The position numbers were made by a program, and so were the translations under genes. The notes beneath the pieces were generated by a model. That model did not search any database and was not told the origin of the DNA. It saw nothing but the letters and a program-made list of their open reading frames with translations. Below, one piece after another: positions 39,198 to 48,718 of a stretch of DNA of 64,000 nucleotides (position 1 is the first letter of the stretch; each line of letters begins with the position of its first letter). Source of the stretch: Myxococcota bacterium (lineage in GTDB: Bacteria > Myxococcota_A > SURF-8); contig CAXXQS010000001.1 in the NCBI GenBank assembly GCA_963674735.2, positions 1,248,001-1,312,000 of the forward strand, read 5' to 3'.

Positions 39198-40241
39198 GTG
39201 GCGCATGAAAATGGAAATGTGACGGGCTGTGTTTTGGAAATCCAGCGCATGAGTACCGAAGATGGTCCGGGCCTGCGAACGACCGTCTTCCTGAAGGGCT
39301 GCCCGTTGGCTTGCGAATGGTGCCATAATCCGGAAAGTATTCCCGCAAAGCCTCAGATCCAGTGGATAGAGAGCCGTTGTCTGGGGTGTAAATCCTGCGT
39401 GGATGTCTGTCCGAATCACGCCGTTGAGGCGACGCCTTCAGGAATTGTTATCGATAAAACGCGCTGCGTAGGTTGTGGAACCTGCGCCGAGGCTTGTCCC
39501 AGTACAGCGTTGGAATTACAAGGGAATACCTGGACGCCCGAAGCGTTGGCCGATGAAGTGGCCAAGGACCGGGCCTTTTTCGAGCAATCCGACGAAGGTG
39601 GAATCACCGTGTCGGGTGGAGAAGCGACGCTGCAAGCCGATTTTGTAGAAGCCTTTTTCATGGCCTGCCGAGCACGTGGATTGCGTACGGCGCTCGATAC
39701 CTGCGGTTATTGCCAAGCCGAAACATTGGGGAGTCTACTGCCTTTGGTCGATTTGGTATTGCTGGATTTAAAGGCTATCGATCCTGAAAAACATAAGGCT
39801 TATACCCACCGCGATAACGCGAAGATCCTTGAGAATGCAACGAATTTGGCAAGCTGGGTTCGTTCGCATCCTGAAACAAAGTTATGGGTTCGAACTCCGA
39901 TTATCCCGGAGACGACGGCTGACCCCGAACAGATAGCCGATATAGGACGTTTTATCGCATCAAACATGGATGGGGCCGTGAGTCGCTGGGAGCTATGTTC
40001 TTTCAACAATCTTTGCCGGGATAAGTACGTACGTTTGGGAATTGATTGGCGCTTCAAGGAGGCCGAATTGATGACGGCTGACGATATGGAGCGGATGGCC
40101 GATTCCGCTCGGCATTCGGGCGTTGACCCGGACATCGTGCATTGGAGCGGTTCAACACGTCTGGAGAACGAATCAAAAGGCGAAGAGGGAACGAACGTAC
40201 CCGAGTTGCAATCGGTTAAAAACTGTCAAACCTGTGGATAA
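39198..40241 (+). CDS. Glycyl-radical activating enzyme (radical SAM, ferredoxin insert)
   Basis: DGPGLRTTVFLKGCPLACEWCHNPE, two CxxCxxCxxxCP motifs, VSGGE. Confidence 0.95.
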   Translation: MAHENGNVTGCVLEIQRMSTEDGPGLRTTVFLKGCPLACEWCHNPESIPAKPQIQWIESRCLGCKSCVDVCPNHAVEATPSGIVIDKTRCVGCGTCAEACPSTALELQGNTWTPEALADEVAKDRAFFEQSDEGGITVSGGEATLQADFVEAFFMACRARGLRTALDTCGYCQAETLGSLLPLVDLVLLDLKAIDPEKHKAYTHRDNAKILENATNLASWVRSHPETKLWVRTPIIPETTADPEQIADIGRFIASNMDGAVSRWELCSFNNLCRDKYVRLGIDWRFKEAELMTADDMERMADSARHSGVDPDIVHWSGSTRLENESKGEEGTNVPELQSVKNCQTCG

Positions 40242-40254
40242 AGGAGCGGGCGAA

Positions 40255-41100
40255 ATGAACCGGAAATCGACTTTCGATGAAAACGACCGGAAGGCCTTCG
40301 AGCCCACCGAAAAAATTGCCCTGCTTGCCACGATCAATGAAGACGGTTTGCCGCACATTTCGTTGATTTCTTCTTTGATGGCGCATGGGGAACGTGAGGT
40401 GATCTTCGGGCAGTTTACGGAAGGCTTGAGCAAGCAGCATGTCGAAGTTAATCCGCGCACCGGTTTCCTTGTCCTGACCGTCGACAAGCGTTTATGGTGC
40501 GGACAGGCAGTTTGGCGACGAAAGACGCATGAAGGTGTGGAATACGAGATGTACAACAACAAGCCGATGTATCGATATAACAGTTACTTCGGCATTCATA
40601 CCGTCCATTACATGGATCTCGAATGGGCGGCCGGACCGGATCCGTTGCCCCTGGGACGCATCATCCCGGCCTCGATTCTGACAACCGCCGGACGCGGGTC
40701 TCTGGCCGGGCGTATAGGCGAACCTGTTTTGTCGCCTTGGGCTCAGTCGTTGTTCAACAGCCTTTCCGGATTAAAATTTTTAGCATTTATTGATGCAAAC
40801 GGATTTCCATCTCTGCTTCCCTTAATCCAGTGTCAGGCGGCAACCGACCGACGCCTGATCTTTTCCCCGCTGGCTTATGGTGATGAGCTGCAGAGTCTGG
40901 CTGCTGGAAGTAGTGCTTCCGTCTTCGCTCTGAATTTCAGTATGGAAAGCGTCTTGGCGCGTGGGCGGTTTATCGGCTATTCGCGTCGTCGCATGGTGAA
41001 ATTGGGCCAGATCGAACTGGATTATGTGTACAACTCCATGCCTCCGAACCACGGACAAATCTATCCCACATCGCTGCTTGAAGCGGTCACTCACTTTTAG
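40255..41100 (+). CDS. Tandem pyridoxamine 5'-phosphate oxidase-like (split-barrel) protein
   Basis: AAGGAG RBS before ATG 40255. Two halves begin LLATINEDGLPHI and FLAFIDANGFPSL. Confidence 0.7.
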   Translation: MNRKSTFDENDRKAFEPTEKIALLATINEDGLPHISLISSLMAHGEREVIFGQFTEGLSKQHVEVNPRTGFLVLTVDKRLWCGQAVWRRKTHEGVEYEMYNNKPMYRYNSYFGIHTVHYMDLEWAAGPDPLPLGRIIPASILTTAGRGSLAGRIGEPVLSPWAQSLFNSLSGLKFLAFIDANGFPSLLPLIQCQAATDRRLIFSPLAYGDELQSLAAGSSASVFALNFSMESVLARGRFIGYSRRRMVKLGQIELDYVYNSMPPNHGQIYPTSLLEAVTHF

Positions 41101-41106
41101 AAAACC

Positions 41107-41135
41107 GGAAACGACCCCTTGCCGGGGCCGTTTCC
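41107..41135. terminator. Probable terminator hairpin between convergent genes
   Basis: ggaaacgacccc-ttgcc-ggggccgtttcc. Confidence 0.5.
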
Positions 41136-41146
41136 AAACTTTTCTA

Positions 41147-41518
41147 TCAGGATGAGTAGGGCAGTTCGCCGTCCCAAATGCTGTTGAAATACGTACGCCG
41201 AACATCGTACAGCTTGCCCGTTTGTTGACGTGCCTCGAAAATCTCGTTGAAAAGCCGCCTCCGCAATCCTTCATCCGAGTTATGATCGAGCACGAGTTTC
41301 GTATCTTTCAACAGATCGATATCGTACTCAAAACGACTTGTCTGGCGTGCCCTCACGGGACGATCGATCACGCGGGCAAGGGCGTATCTGTAATCGAGAC
41401 TGGTGTTGTCATCCAACGATGCTTTCAAGACGTTTAGCAGGATACGGTCGAAGATCTCGACCGGCAGGTCTTTCATTTTCAGTTGTTCGAGGTCTTCTTT
41501 GTTGATTGTAATGGTCAT
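41147..41518 (-). CDS. Hypothetical 123-aa protein
   Basis: Strong AGGAGG RBS, natural composition, fills a gap between terminators. No family recognised. Confidence 0.75.
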   Translation of the reverse strand: MTITINKEDLEQLKMKDLPVEIFDRILLNVLKASLDDNTSLDYRYALARVIDRPVRARQTSRFEYDIDLLKDTKLVLDHNSDEGLRRRLFNEIFEARQQTGKLYDVRRTYFNSIWDGELPYSS

Positions 41519-41776
41519 ATTGGCCTCCTAAGTTTATGCTGAGAAAGATGATTTCGAAGCCGCCATCTATTTAGATGCCGTTAAGAATGGCATTATTCCT
41601 TACGGTTATAACAATCCCAAAGTTTCGATTCAGGGAAAAATACAAGAGCTGCTGAAGCCGAAGGACGTCCTAAGCTTAAGAAAACATTGGCATATATTCA
41701 TATTTATAGCTGGAAGCAAGGTGGTGATAACGATTATTTGGAAGAGTGTCGACGTTCGCCGTGCACGCAACTAGGC

Positions 41777-41810
41777 AAAAAAGAACCGGTCCTCAGAGAC
41801 CGGTTCTTTT
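41777..41810 (-). terminator. Intrinsic terminator of the vWA lipoprotein gene
   Basis: aaaagaaccggtc-ctcaga-gaccggttctttt. Confidence 0.8.
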
Positions 41811-41839
41811 CCATACAAGTACATGCGAAGTGACTGGTT

Positions 41840-44395
41840 TTATTCTTTCGGGTCATCCACGAAGAAGCGATAGCTCATGACAACGTCGTTTCCTTCTTCC
41901 GGTCGCGCATCTCCGTAGAAAACGATGGTTTCGCTGACAGCGTCATACTCGAAGCCGTTGGATTGGCTACGAGCGATTTCGACGCCTTCCACGACCACCT
42001 GGATGGTGGAGGATATCGGATGATGCACGAGTTCGTAGCTTGACGCCGTTCCGGCTGCCGCACGCAGAATTTCTTCCATGGTTGGGGTTAAATCGGGTGA
42101 GCAGATGGAGCCGAAAACGCCTCCGGTGTGGTAAGCGATATCGATGTAAGCCGTACCGGCTTCACCCGATCCGGGTCCGGAATCCGACGACCCGGTCCCG
42201 CAACCATTGGGCGTGTCGCCCACAATGGCAAAACAGGTTGTTTGGACCGAATCATAGTAATCTCGGTAGTTTACGAGGACGTTATTCTCGCAGCTGGCGT
42301 TATTGCAGTCCTCGTATTCCTGGTCTTCCTCATCGGAGAGCCAGATGATGATTCGGGATGCATCGGACCGAAAACGCTCATTTTCAGGCAGTTGAGTATT
42401 CAACGCACGTTCGATGGCCTGATGACCTGCTTTCAAACCATATTCACTGCTGCTGCAGGGCGGGTTGTTGACATCGGATTGGAATTCGGCCATGTCGCGT
42501 GTGAAATTGTATTCGCCCAAGCGACCGGAATCAGCCGTGTAATCCGCACACATCCACGGCCACCAAGCCTCAATTAAAGGCGGACATTCGCCCAGACAAT
42601 CTGTGGATGTGACCGCGACACGGAAATCGATACCCGCAGAGGTCATGATTTGAGCAAACAGAGCTGCCGCATCGGAGACGGCCTGCTGATCTTCGTCCAT
42701 CGAGCCGGAATCATCGACAACCCAGATGAAATCGACCAGGCCTTGACCGGCTCCGGCGAAGGGATCGCAACTGTCGGTTGTGTCCCGCAGGGCATGCGAG
42801 AGAGCCGAACCATCGGTTAAGTCGGTCATGCGTAGGCGTACGGCGGGAGTGGTGGAATTATCCCACTCGGATTTGGAGGCGACTGCGAACAAGGTTAGGC
42901 TGCGATCGTCGCGAACCAGTGTTTGCATGACGATTTCGAACTGCGTGCTTGTGTCGGATGGCCCGGCCGGGAGATTGTCGATCTGGGCGGTCGTACGGTC
43001 CGACAAGATGGAAAGGGCTTTGTTGCGCAAAGCGCCTACTGTCTGGCTGGTGGTGGTCAGGCTGTAACGGCTCGTCATGGAACTGTATCCATCATAGCTT
43101 GAATAGGTTCGCCCGCGATGATTCAATCCTCCCGATGCCACCAGACCGCTTTCGAGGTCGGGGTTGTCGGCCGAAACAAGCGCCTCGGCCGTTGCAGCAG
43201 ATAGAGGGCGTACGAGAAGGAAGCCGGCCAAGGGGTGCGATGGCCACTCGAAAGCGGCCGCGTGCAGAATTTCTTGGGGCGCGGGATTCATGCCGAGAAG
43301 AGCGTGTGAAAAGTCGGGGAGTAGAGCCAACGTATAATCCGCATCGAAATTCTCATACAGAACGATGTCGGTAATCTGATCTTCAAGACAAATCTGACTG
43401 ACGCTTTCCTCATTGTCGGGGATTTGATCGCCGTCCGAATCGACCATGGTAGGATCGGTTTCGCCCAGTAACGGTTCATAGATACCGTTGTGGTTTTTAT
43501 CCTCGATCCCATCGGGCAGGGTGTCGTCATCGGTGTCGCGATCGAGCGGGTCGGAATTGCCGTTGGTGTAACCGCCCGATAATTCGTCTCCATCGATCAC
43601 ACCGTCTTCGTCGGTATCGGGATTGAGCGGATCGGTTTCACCGGGATCCAGTTCTCCGTTTTGATTGTCGTCTTCCACTCCATCGGGTAGCTTGTCGAAA
43701 TCCGAGTCTGAGTTCAGCGGATCGGTTTCGTTGAACTGCAGTGTACCATCGTGGTTTTGGTCTTCCGTTCCATCCAGGAGGCCATCTTCATCGGTGTCGG
43801 GGTTGTGCAGGTCGGTTTCTCCCGGATCCCATACGCCGTTCCCGTTCCGGTCTTCAACCGGGTCGGGTAATCCATCTTCATCACTATCCGGTGGGAGTTC
43901 GAATTCGCCATCGAGATTGAAATCTCCATCAAAATCGCCGTCTGAGACATCCCCGTCTGCTCCATCACCATCAGGGATGTCTCCATCCACATTGTCTCCG
44001 TCGGGGGTATCGCCGTCCGGGTCATCACCATCCGGGGTGTCGCCGTCTGTAGGCTCATTGGAAGGCCAGCATTGGCCGACGACATCGCAATAATAGCCAG
44101 TCGGGCAATCCGCGTTGGATGTGCATGTGTCGGGCTCATCATCAAGAATCACACAGCGATAGCCGATGCAGGTGTAGCCGGATTGGCAGTCATCGGCGCT
44201 GTCACACTCGACGGTAATGCACTGTCCTTGACTATTGCAGGCTAGTCCAGGATCGCAGTCCATATCGCTTTCACAAGCCGCTCCGAGCTCTCCGCTGGGA
44301 GTTTGGCTGGAGGAGCAGGCAGCCAATACGAACAACGAAAAAATCAGAGCACAGCGCCATAAATGGCGGAACGAAACATGACAACATCTAATCAT
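41840..44395 (-). CDS. CglD-like lipoprotein: Cys-rich N-terminus, DGD linker, TSP3-like Ca-binding repeats, vWA/MIDAS domain
   Basis: Lipobox LAAC, repeated DxDxDGLxDGxED..ETDP, VVDDSGSM MIDAS, LSDEED, C-terminal PISSTIQV..GFEYD. The architecture resembles myxobacterial CglD. Confidence 0.8.
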   Translation of the reverse strand: MIRCCHVSFRHLWRCALIFSLFVLAACSSSQTPSGELGAACESDMDCDPGLACNSQGQCITVECDSADDCQSGYTCIGYRCVILDDEPDTCTSNADCPTGYYCDVVGQCWPSNEPTDGDTPDGDDPDGDTPDGDNVDGDIPDGDGADGDVSDGDFDGDFNLDGEFELPPDSDEDGLPDPVEDRNGNGVWDPGETDLHNPDTDEDGLLDGTEDQNHDGTLQFNETDPLNSDSDFDKLPDGVEDDNQNGELDPGETDPLNPDTDEDGVIDGDELSGGYTNGNSDPLDRDTDDDTLPDGIEDKNHNGIYEPLLGETDPTMVDSDGDQIPDNEESVSQICLEDQITDIVLYENFDADYTLALLPDFSHALLGMNPAPQEILHAAAFEWPSHPLAGFLLVRPLSAATAEALVSADNPDLESGLVASGGLNHRGRTYSSYDGYSSMTSRYSLTTTSQTVGALRNKALSILSDRTTAQIDNLPAGPSDTSTQFEIVMQTLVRDDRSLTLFAVASKSEWDNSTTPAVRLRMTDLTDGSALSHALRDTTDSCDPFAGAGQGLVDFIWVVDDSGSMDEDQQAVSDAAALFAQIMTSAGIDFRVAVTSTDCLGECPPLIEAWWPWMCADYTADSGRLGEYNFTRDMAEFQSDVNNPPCSSSEYGLKAGHQAIERALNTQLPENERFRSDASRIIIWLSDEEDQEYEDCNNASCENNVLVNYRDYYDSVQTTCFAIVGDTPNGCGTGSSDSGPGSGEAGTAYIDIAYHTGGVFGSICSPDLTPTMEEILRAAAGTASSYELVHHPISSTIQVVVEGVEIARSQSNGFEYDAVSETIVFYGDARPEEGNDVVMSYRFFVDDPKE

Positions 44396-44591
44396 TGGGC
44401 ACCTCGTGACGGAGGACGCAAAGTCTGCGTACTTCTTGGTAATGATCCTTTGCTTAACCTTAATGTTATAGTTACTGTAGAAAATTGCAAGGTTAAAGAG
44501 CGGTAGGACACAAGAATTCCTTGACAGGCTGCATATAGCCGATATGATTAGCTATCTTTCACTTTGCAAATGCCTTTCGGCGAGGACGACC

Positions 44592-46414
44592 ATGAAATGC
44601 ATTAAAGGGGTTCTGGTGCTGACAATTCTGCTGTTTATCACCACCGCGTGTGGGGATGGCAGCGACTATGCGGATGATGTCGCTCAACCGTCTATCGGCT
44701 TGAAATTCCTTATGGAAACCGATAGCGGTGGTTGCCCTGTTTCACAGCAGGAAACCAGTAATTCGCAATACGCGGAAGATTCTCTGCCCGCCAATATCCA
44801 GCGCCTCAAGTTTAGGTTGTACGCCCAGGATGGAACCGTTTTGCTTCCGGCCGAAGGTGGCAGTGATCCGTTGGCTGGTGATGTGATGGTTCAATCGGAT
44901 TGCGAATCCGATCCCTACCATTGCGTAACCCCGGGAGCTCAGGGCTTCAAACTTTTCGATATCCCAACCGGGCAGAATATGGTTCTGGAAGTGAAAGCCT
45001 ATGACTCCCGCGATCTCGACACCGACGAGCATCTGATCTGGGAAGGTAGCAACTACAACGTCGATGTCGTGCAGGAACAAACCGATGCAAACGCCGAAGC
45101 CGTTGCCGTGGATATCTATATGCGTCGTGTAGGGAAAATGACCTTTGCTTTCGGCTGCATGGAAACGGAACGTATGCTGCATACGGCCACCGTCCTGCGT
45201 GACGGAATGCATGTTTTGATCACAGGCGGCGTGCCGGTGATACGTGAAGAGGCCTGTTCACCCGAAGAATTTGGAGAAAATCGGGAGTGCGATCTGCTGG
45301 TTGCGACCAAGCAGGTGGTTATGTTCAACATGGAAACCGGTGATTTCACGGTTATGCAACCACTGACGCTTAAGCGAGCCGGTCATCAAGCGGTCTTGTT
45401 GGTGGACGGCCGTGTTTTGATTATGGGTGGTGCGGCGCAAGTTCAGCTGTTGCACAATGGTGATGGACAAGCTTACATGCAAGCCGACATCGATCAGGTC
45501 CATGCGAACGCCGTCCTTTACAATCCCGATGGCTTTGGATCGGTTGAACCCATCGACATTCCCATGAATCAGCGACGGGCATTCATGACCGTTACCCCCA
45601 TTGACAACGATCCGCCTGATGCTACGCGCTTCTTGGTGGCTGGTGGCTGGGAGACGGAGGGCGTCTCTCAACTTTCGAGATGCTCAGCTTCGATCCGCAT
45701 GCCGGCCAATCCATCCCTGAATTCAAGCTGTTGAGCAGTGTACAAATGAAAGCTCCTCGCAGTTCGCACACGGCTACCCGCGTGCGTTCCGGTCACGTGC
45801 TGTTGTACGGAGGAACGGCCCCCGGCGAGCCTGTGGCGGAAATCTTTACCTCTGAATTGGTCGGCAGTGAGATTCCGACCGAGTTTGACGGATATGAAAA
45901 CTGGCCGAATATGTACAACCATGCGGCCGTGGCCTATCCGGACGGGGAGAAAGCGCTGATAACCGGAGGCATGCAGAAAACAGCCGATGGTTCCGCTGAA
46001 AAACTGGGGGAGCCCTTGGCTACGGCGCTGTTGATCGATTTTTCCACGAGTACCGCCCAGATATTCCAGATGAAAAATGCGCGGGCGTTCCACCAAATGG
46101 CGATTCTTCCAAACGGCCTGCCCGCCGTGTTTGGGGGTGCCAATAGTGTCAAACTGCGTGAAGGCGTCAGTGTTGTTGAGATGTTTACCGGGGCAAGCTT
46201 TGCTTTCGTTACCGATAACAACGGGGAAAACGTCCAGCTTGGATTGATTCCGGGCAACCAACTTCCCTTGGCAAGAATGGGACACACTTTGAACACGCTT
46301 CGAGATGGTTCGATCCTGCTTGTTGGCGGTTCCAATCCATCACCCATTGCCACGAATCCACGCAACAAGGAAATCCTACGTTCGGCGGAGGTGCTTTTTC
46401 CGCTGCCACAATAA
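44592..46414 (+). pseudogene. Kelch-repeat beta-propeller lipoprotein split by a single-base frameshift near 45650 (sequencing error or recent lesion)
   Basis: ORFs 44544..45734 and 45680..46414 both carry Kelch repeats (RxxHTAT..DG.VLI.GG). One extra G in tggg (45648-45651) joins them as AGGWGDGGRLSTFEMLSFDP, about 607 aa. Lipobox TTAC. Promoter TTGACA-16-TATGAT at 44521-44548. Confidence 0.8.
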
Positions 46415-46432
46415 AGTAGATCTAAAATAAAC

Positions 46433-46461
46433 AAAACGGGGCCACACGGTCCCGTTTTTTT
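46433..46461 (+). terminator. Intrinsic terminator
   Basis: aaaacggggcc-acac-ggtcccgttttttt. Confidence 0.8.
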
Positions 46462-46603
46462 GTGCTTGGGTGCCGAAAACTCGATCAGTCCCAATATATA
46501 GTAAGCAGATGCAAGCCCAAATTGCGTTGCTTTTTTCACAAGCTCAAACAAGAGGTTGAATGAATCGATAGAAATTCGCATAAGCTCCGATGCTTTTCTT
46601 TCC

Positions 46604-46982
46604 TTGACAATACGAGAGAGAAGGTTTACAAAGGCGGCGGCGATGAAATGCACGTTTGCATTCCGTGACAATAAGGATGTTCCGACCTCCCTTTCTGGCT
46701 TGGTAAAAGCCACGAATCCTATTCCAATCCGCCGATGACGGCGTAAAGGATTCTAGCCGCGCACAGTTCGTGTCGCAGCGAATGCAGAGCATTCGCAACT
46801 TCTTGGCAGGCGAAGCAGCCTTATTTATCGAACACACATCGATTCGCAGCTTGACGGCTCGCGTTGTCCGTCTAAGCCGCGTACCCGTATCTGCAGTTGG
46901 TTGCGCCGCCAAGACCTTGCAGTCGGTGCGCCGGAGCTTGTTGCTCCGGTATTATCTTCTAGCGACGCCAGGAAAGACGACG
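46604..46982 (+). promoter_or_regulatory. Promoter and long structured 5' leader of the DEAD-box helicase
   Basis: TTGACA-17-TACAAA, then about 340 nt containing roughly 9 hairpins before ATG 46983. Confidence 0.55.
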
Positions 46983-48656
46983 ATGACCACCTTTCACGAC
47001 CTTGGTTTGAAGCCGGAATTGCTTGAGGCTCTTGACAAATTAGCCTTTGAGACTCCAACTCCGATTCAGGAAAAAGCCATTCCGGAATTGCTTTCCAGCA
47101 AACGCGATTTTGTCGGCCTCGCCCAAACAGGCACAGGAAAAACTGGGGCTTTCGGTCTTCCCATGTTGCAAACACTCGATCCCGCTATTCGGCAACCGCA
47201 GGGTCTGGTTATTTGTCCAACACGTGAACTATGCCTGCAAATCACCGAAGACATGAAGAAATTCTCTCGTTATATCGGGGGTGTTCGTATCACTGCCGTC
47301 TACGGAGGGGCGAGTATTTACGATCAAATGAAGAGCCTCAAATATGGGTCTCAAATTGTCGCGGCGACCCCCGGACGACTTTGCGATCTGATCAGGCGTG
47401 GCGCGATCAATTTGGAATGTGTTTCCCATGTAGTGTTAGATGAGGCGGACGAAATGCTGAACATGGGATTCCAAGAAGATATCAACAGCATCCTCGAAAC
47501 GATTCAGGATGAAGCCAATACGTGGCTTTTTTCGGCCACGATGCCGCGCGGAGTGGCCAGTATTGCTAAAAAATATTTGGAAAATCCGGTGGAAGTCACC
47601 ATCGGTAGCCGAAATACCGGGGCTGAAAACATCGTACACTCCTGTATGGTGGTTCAGGAAAGGGATCGCTATCAAGCTTTACGCCGCGTACTCGATTCCA
47701 TTCCAAATATCTTCAGCCTGGTTTTTTGTCGCACTCGCCGTGATACGCAAATGGTGGCGGATATGCTGATGAAAGACGGTTATCAGACGGATGCACTACA
47801 CGGTGATCTCTCGCAGGCTCAACGTGATCATGTGATGAGCAAGTTCAGAAATCGGCGTATTCGTATTCTGGTCGCAACCGACGTAGCTGCTCGTGGGCTC
47901 GATGTCGATGATATCACACATGTAATCAACTACGCATTGCCGGATGAGCCCATGGCCTACACCCACCGTAGCGGAAGAACCGGTCGCGCCGGAAAATCCG
48001 GCTATTCGATTGCGCTGATCAATCCGCGCGAACGCTATCGTATCAACGATCTTGAAAGGCGCGGCAAGATTCGCTTCCAGTTCGACCGAGTCCCGGACGG
48101 AAAAAGTATCTGTAAAAACCAGCTCTACGCTTATGTCGAGGATATGATCAGTACGGAAGTCAAACAAGAAGATATTCACGAATACCTGCCACATGTCAGC
48201 AAGCTGTTGGACGGTTATGAAAAAGAACAGCTGATTGAATTGTTGATCTCACGCAGATTCAGCCACTTGCTGAAGAGTTACCGCTATGCGAAAGACATCA
48301 ATGCCAGTGCGAACAGAAAAGAAAAATCGCAAAGTAGAGGCTCCTCTTCGCGGCCTTATTCAAGAGACAACGACAGCCATTTCAACCGACGGGGTCCTCG
48401 ATTGTCGCAGCGCTTCTTTATCAGCATTGGTCGCATCGACCGCGTTAAGGAAGGCGCAATCGTGCGTTTACTCTGCGATAGTGCCGGCATCAGCTCCAAG
48501 GTCATTGGCGCGATTGACATGAAACGCGAATATTCATTCTTTGAAGTCGACAAGAAGGTTGCGGATAAGGTTGATAAGGGGCTAAAAAATGCCACTTTCG
48601 ACGGTAAACCAGTGAAATTACACCCGGCTGACTCGAAAACCAGAAGCTACAGATAG
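46983..48656 (+). CDS. DEAD-box RNA helicase with C-terminal DbpA-type RNA-binding domain (DeaD/CshA-like)
   Basis: Q motif, AQTGTGKT, PTREL, DEAD, SAT, ARGLD, HRSGRTGRAG. Start ATG 46983 (MTTFHDLGL). Confidence 0.95.
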   Translation: MTTFHDLGLKPELLEALDKLAFETPTPIQEKAIPELLSSKRDFVGLAQTGTGKTGAFGLPMLQTLDPAIRQPQGLVICPTRELCLQITEDMKKFSRYIGGVRITAVYGGASIYDQMKSLKYGSQIVAATPGRLCDLIRRGAINLECVSHVVLDEADEMLNMGFQEDINSILETIQDEANTWLFSATMPRGVASIAKKYLENPVEVTIGSRNTGAENIVHSCMVVQERDRYQALRRVLDSIPNIFSLVFCRTRRDTQMVADMLMKDGYQTDALHGDLSQAQRDHVMSKFRNRRIRILVATDVAARGLDVDDITHVINYALPDEPMAYTHRSGRTGRAGKSGYSIALINPRERYRINDLERRGKIRFQFDRVPDGKSICKNQLYAYVEDMISTEVKQEDIHEYLPHVSKLLDGYEKEQLIELLISRRFSHLLKSYRYAKDINASANRKEKSQSRGSSSRPYSRDNDSHFNRRGPRLSQRFFISIGRIDRVKEGAIVRLLCDSAGISSKVIGAIDMKREYSFFEVDKKVADKVDKGLKNATFDGKPVKLHPADSKTRSYR

Positions 48657-48718
48657 AAAGTCGTACGTTCTGCGCCGCTGATTCTCTTGCAAGCTCAAGT
48701 CCCGGAGGAAATTCCTGA

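Noticed and set aside
46770-46982. 71-aa N-terminal extension of the helicase and ORF 46544..46912
   Set aside because: The DEAD-box core starts at MTTF (46983) with an RBS. The upstream part is better explained as a structured leader.
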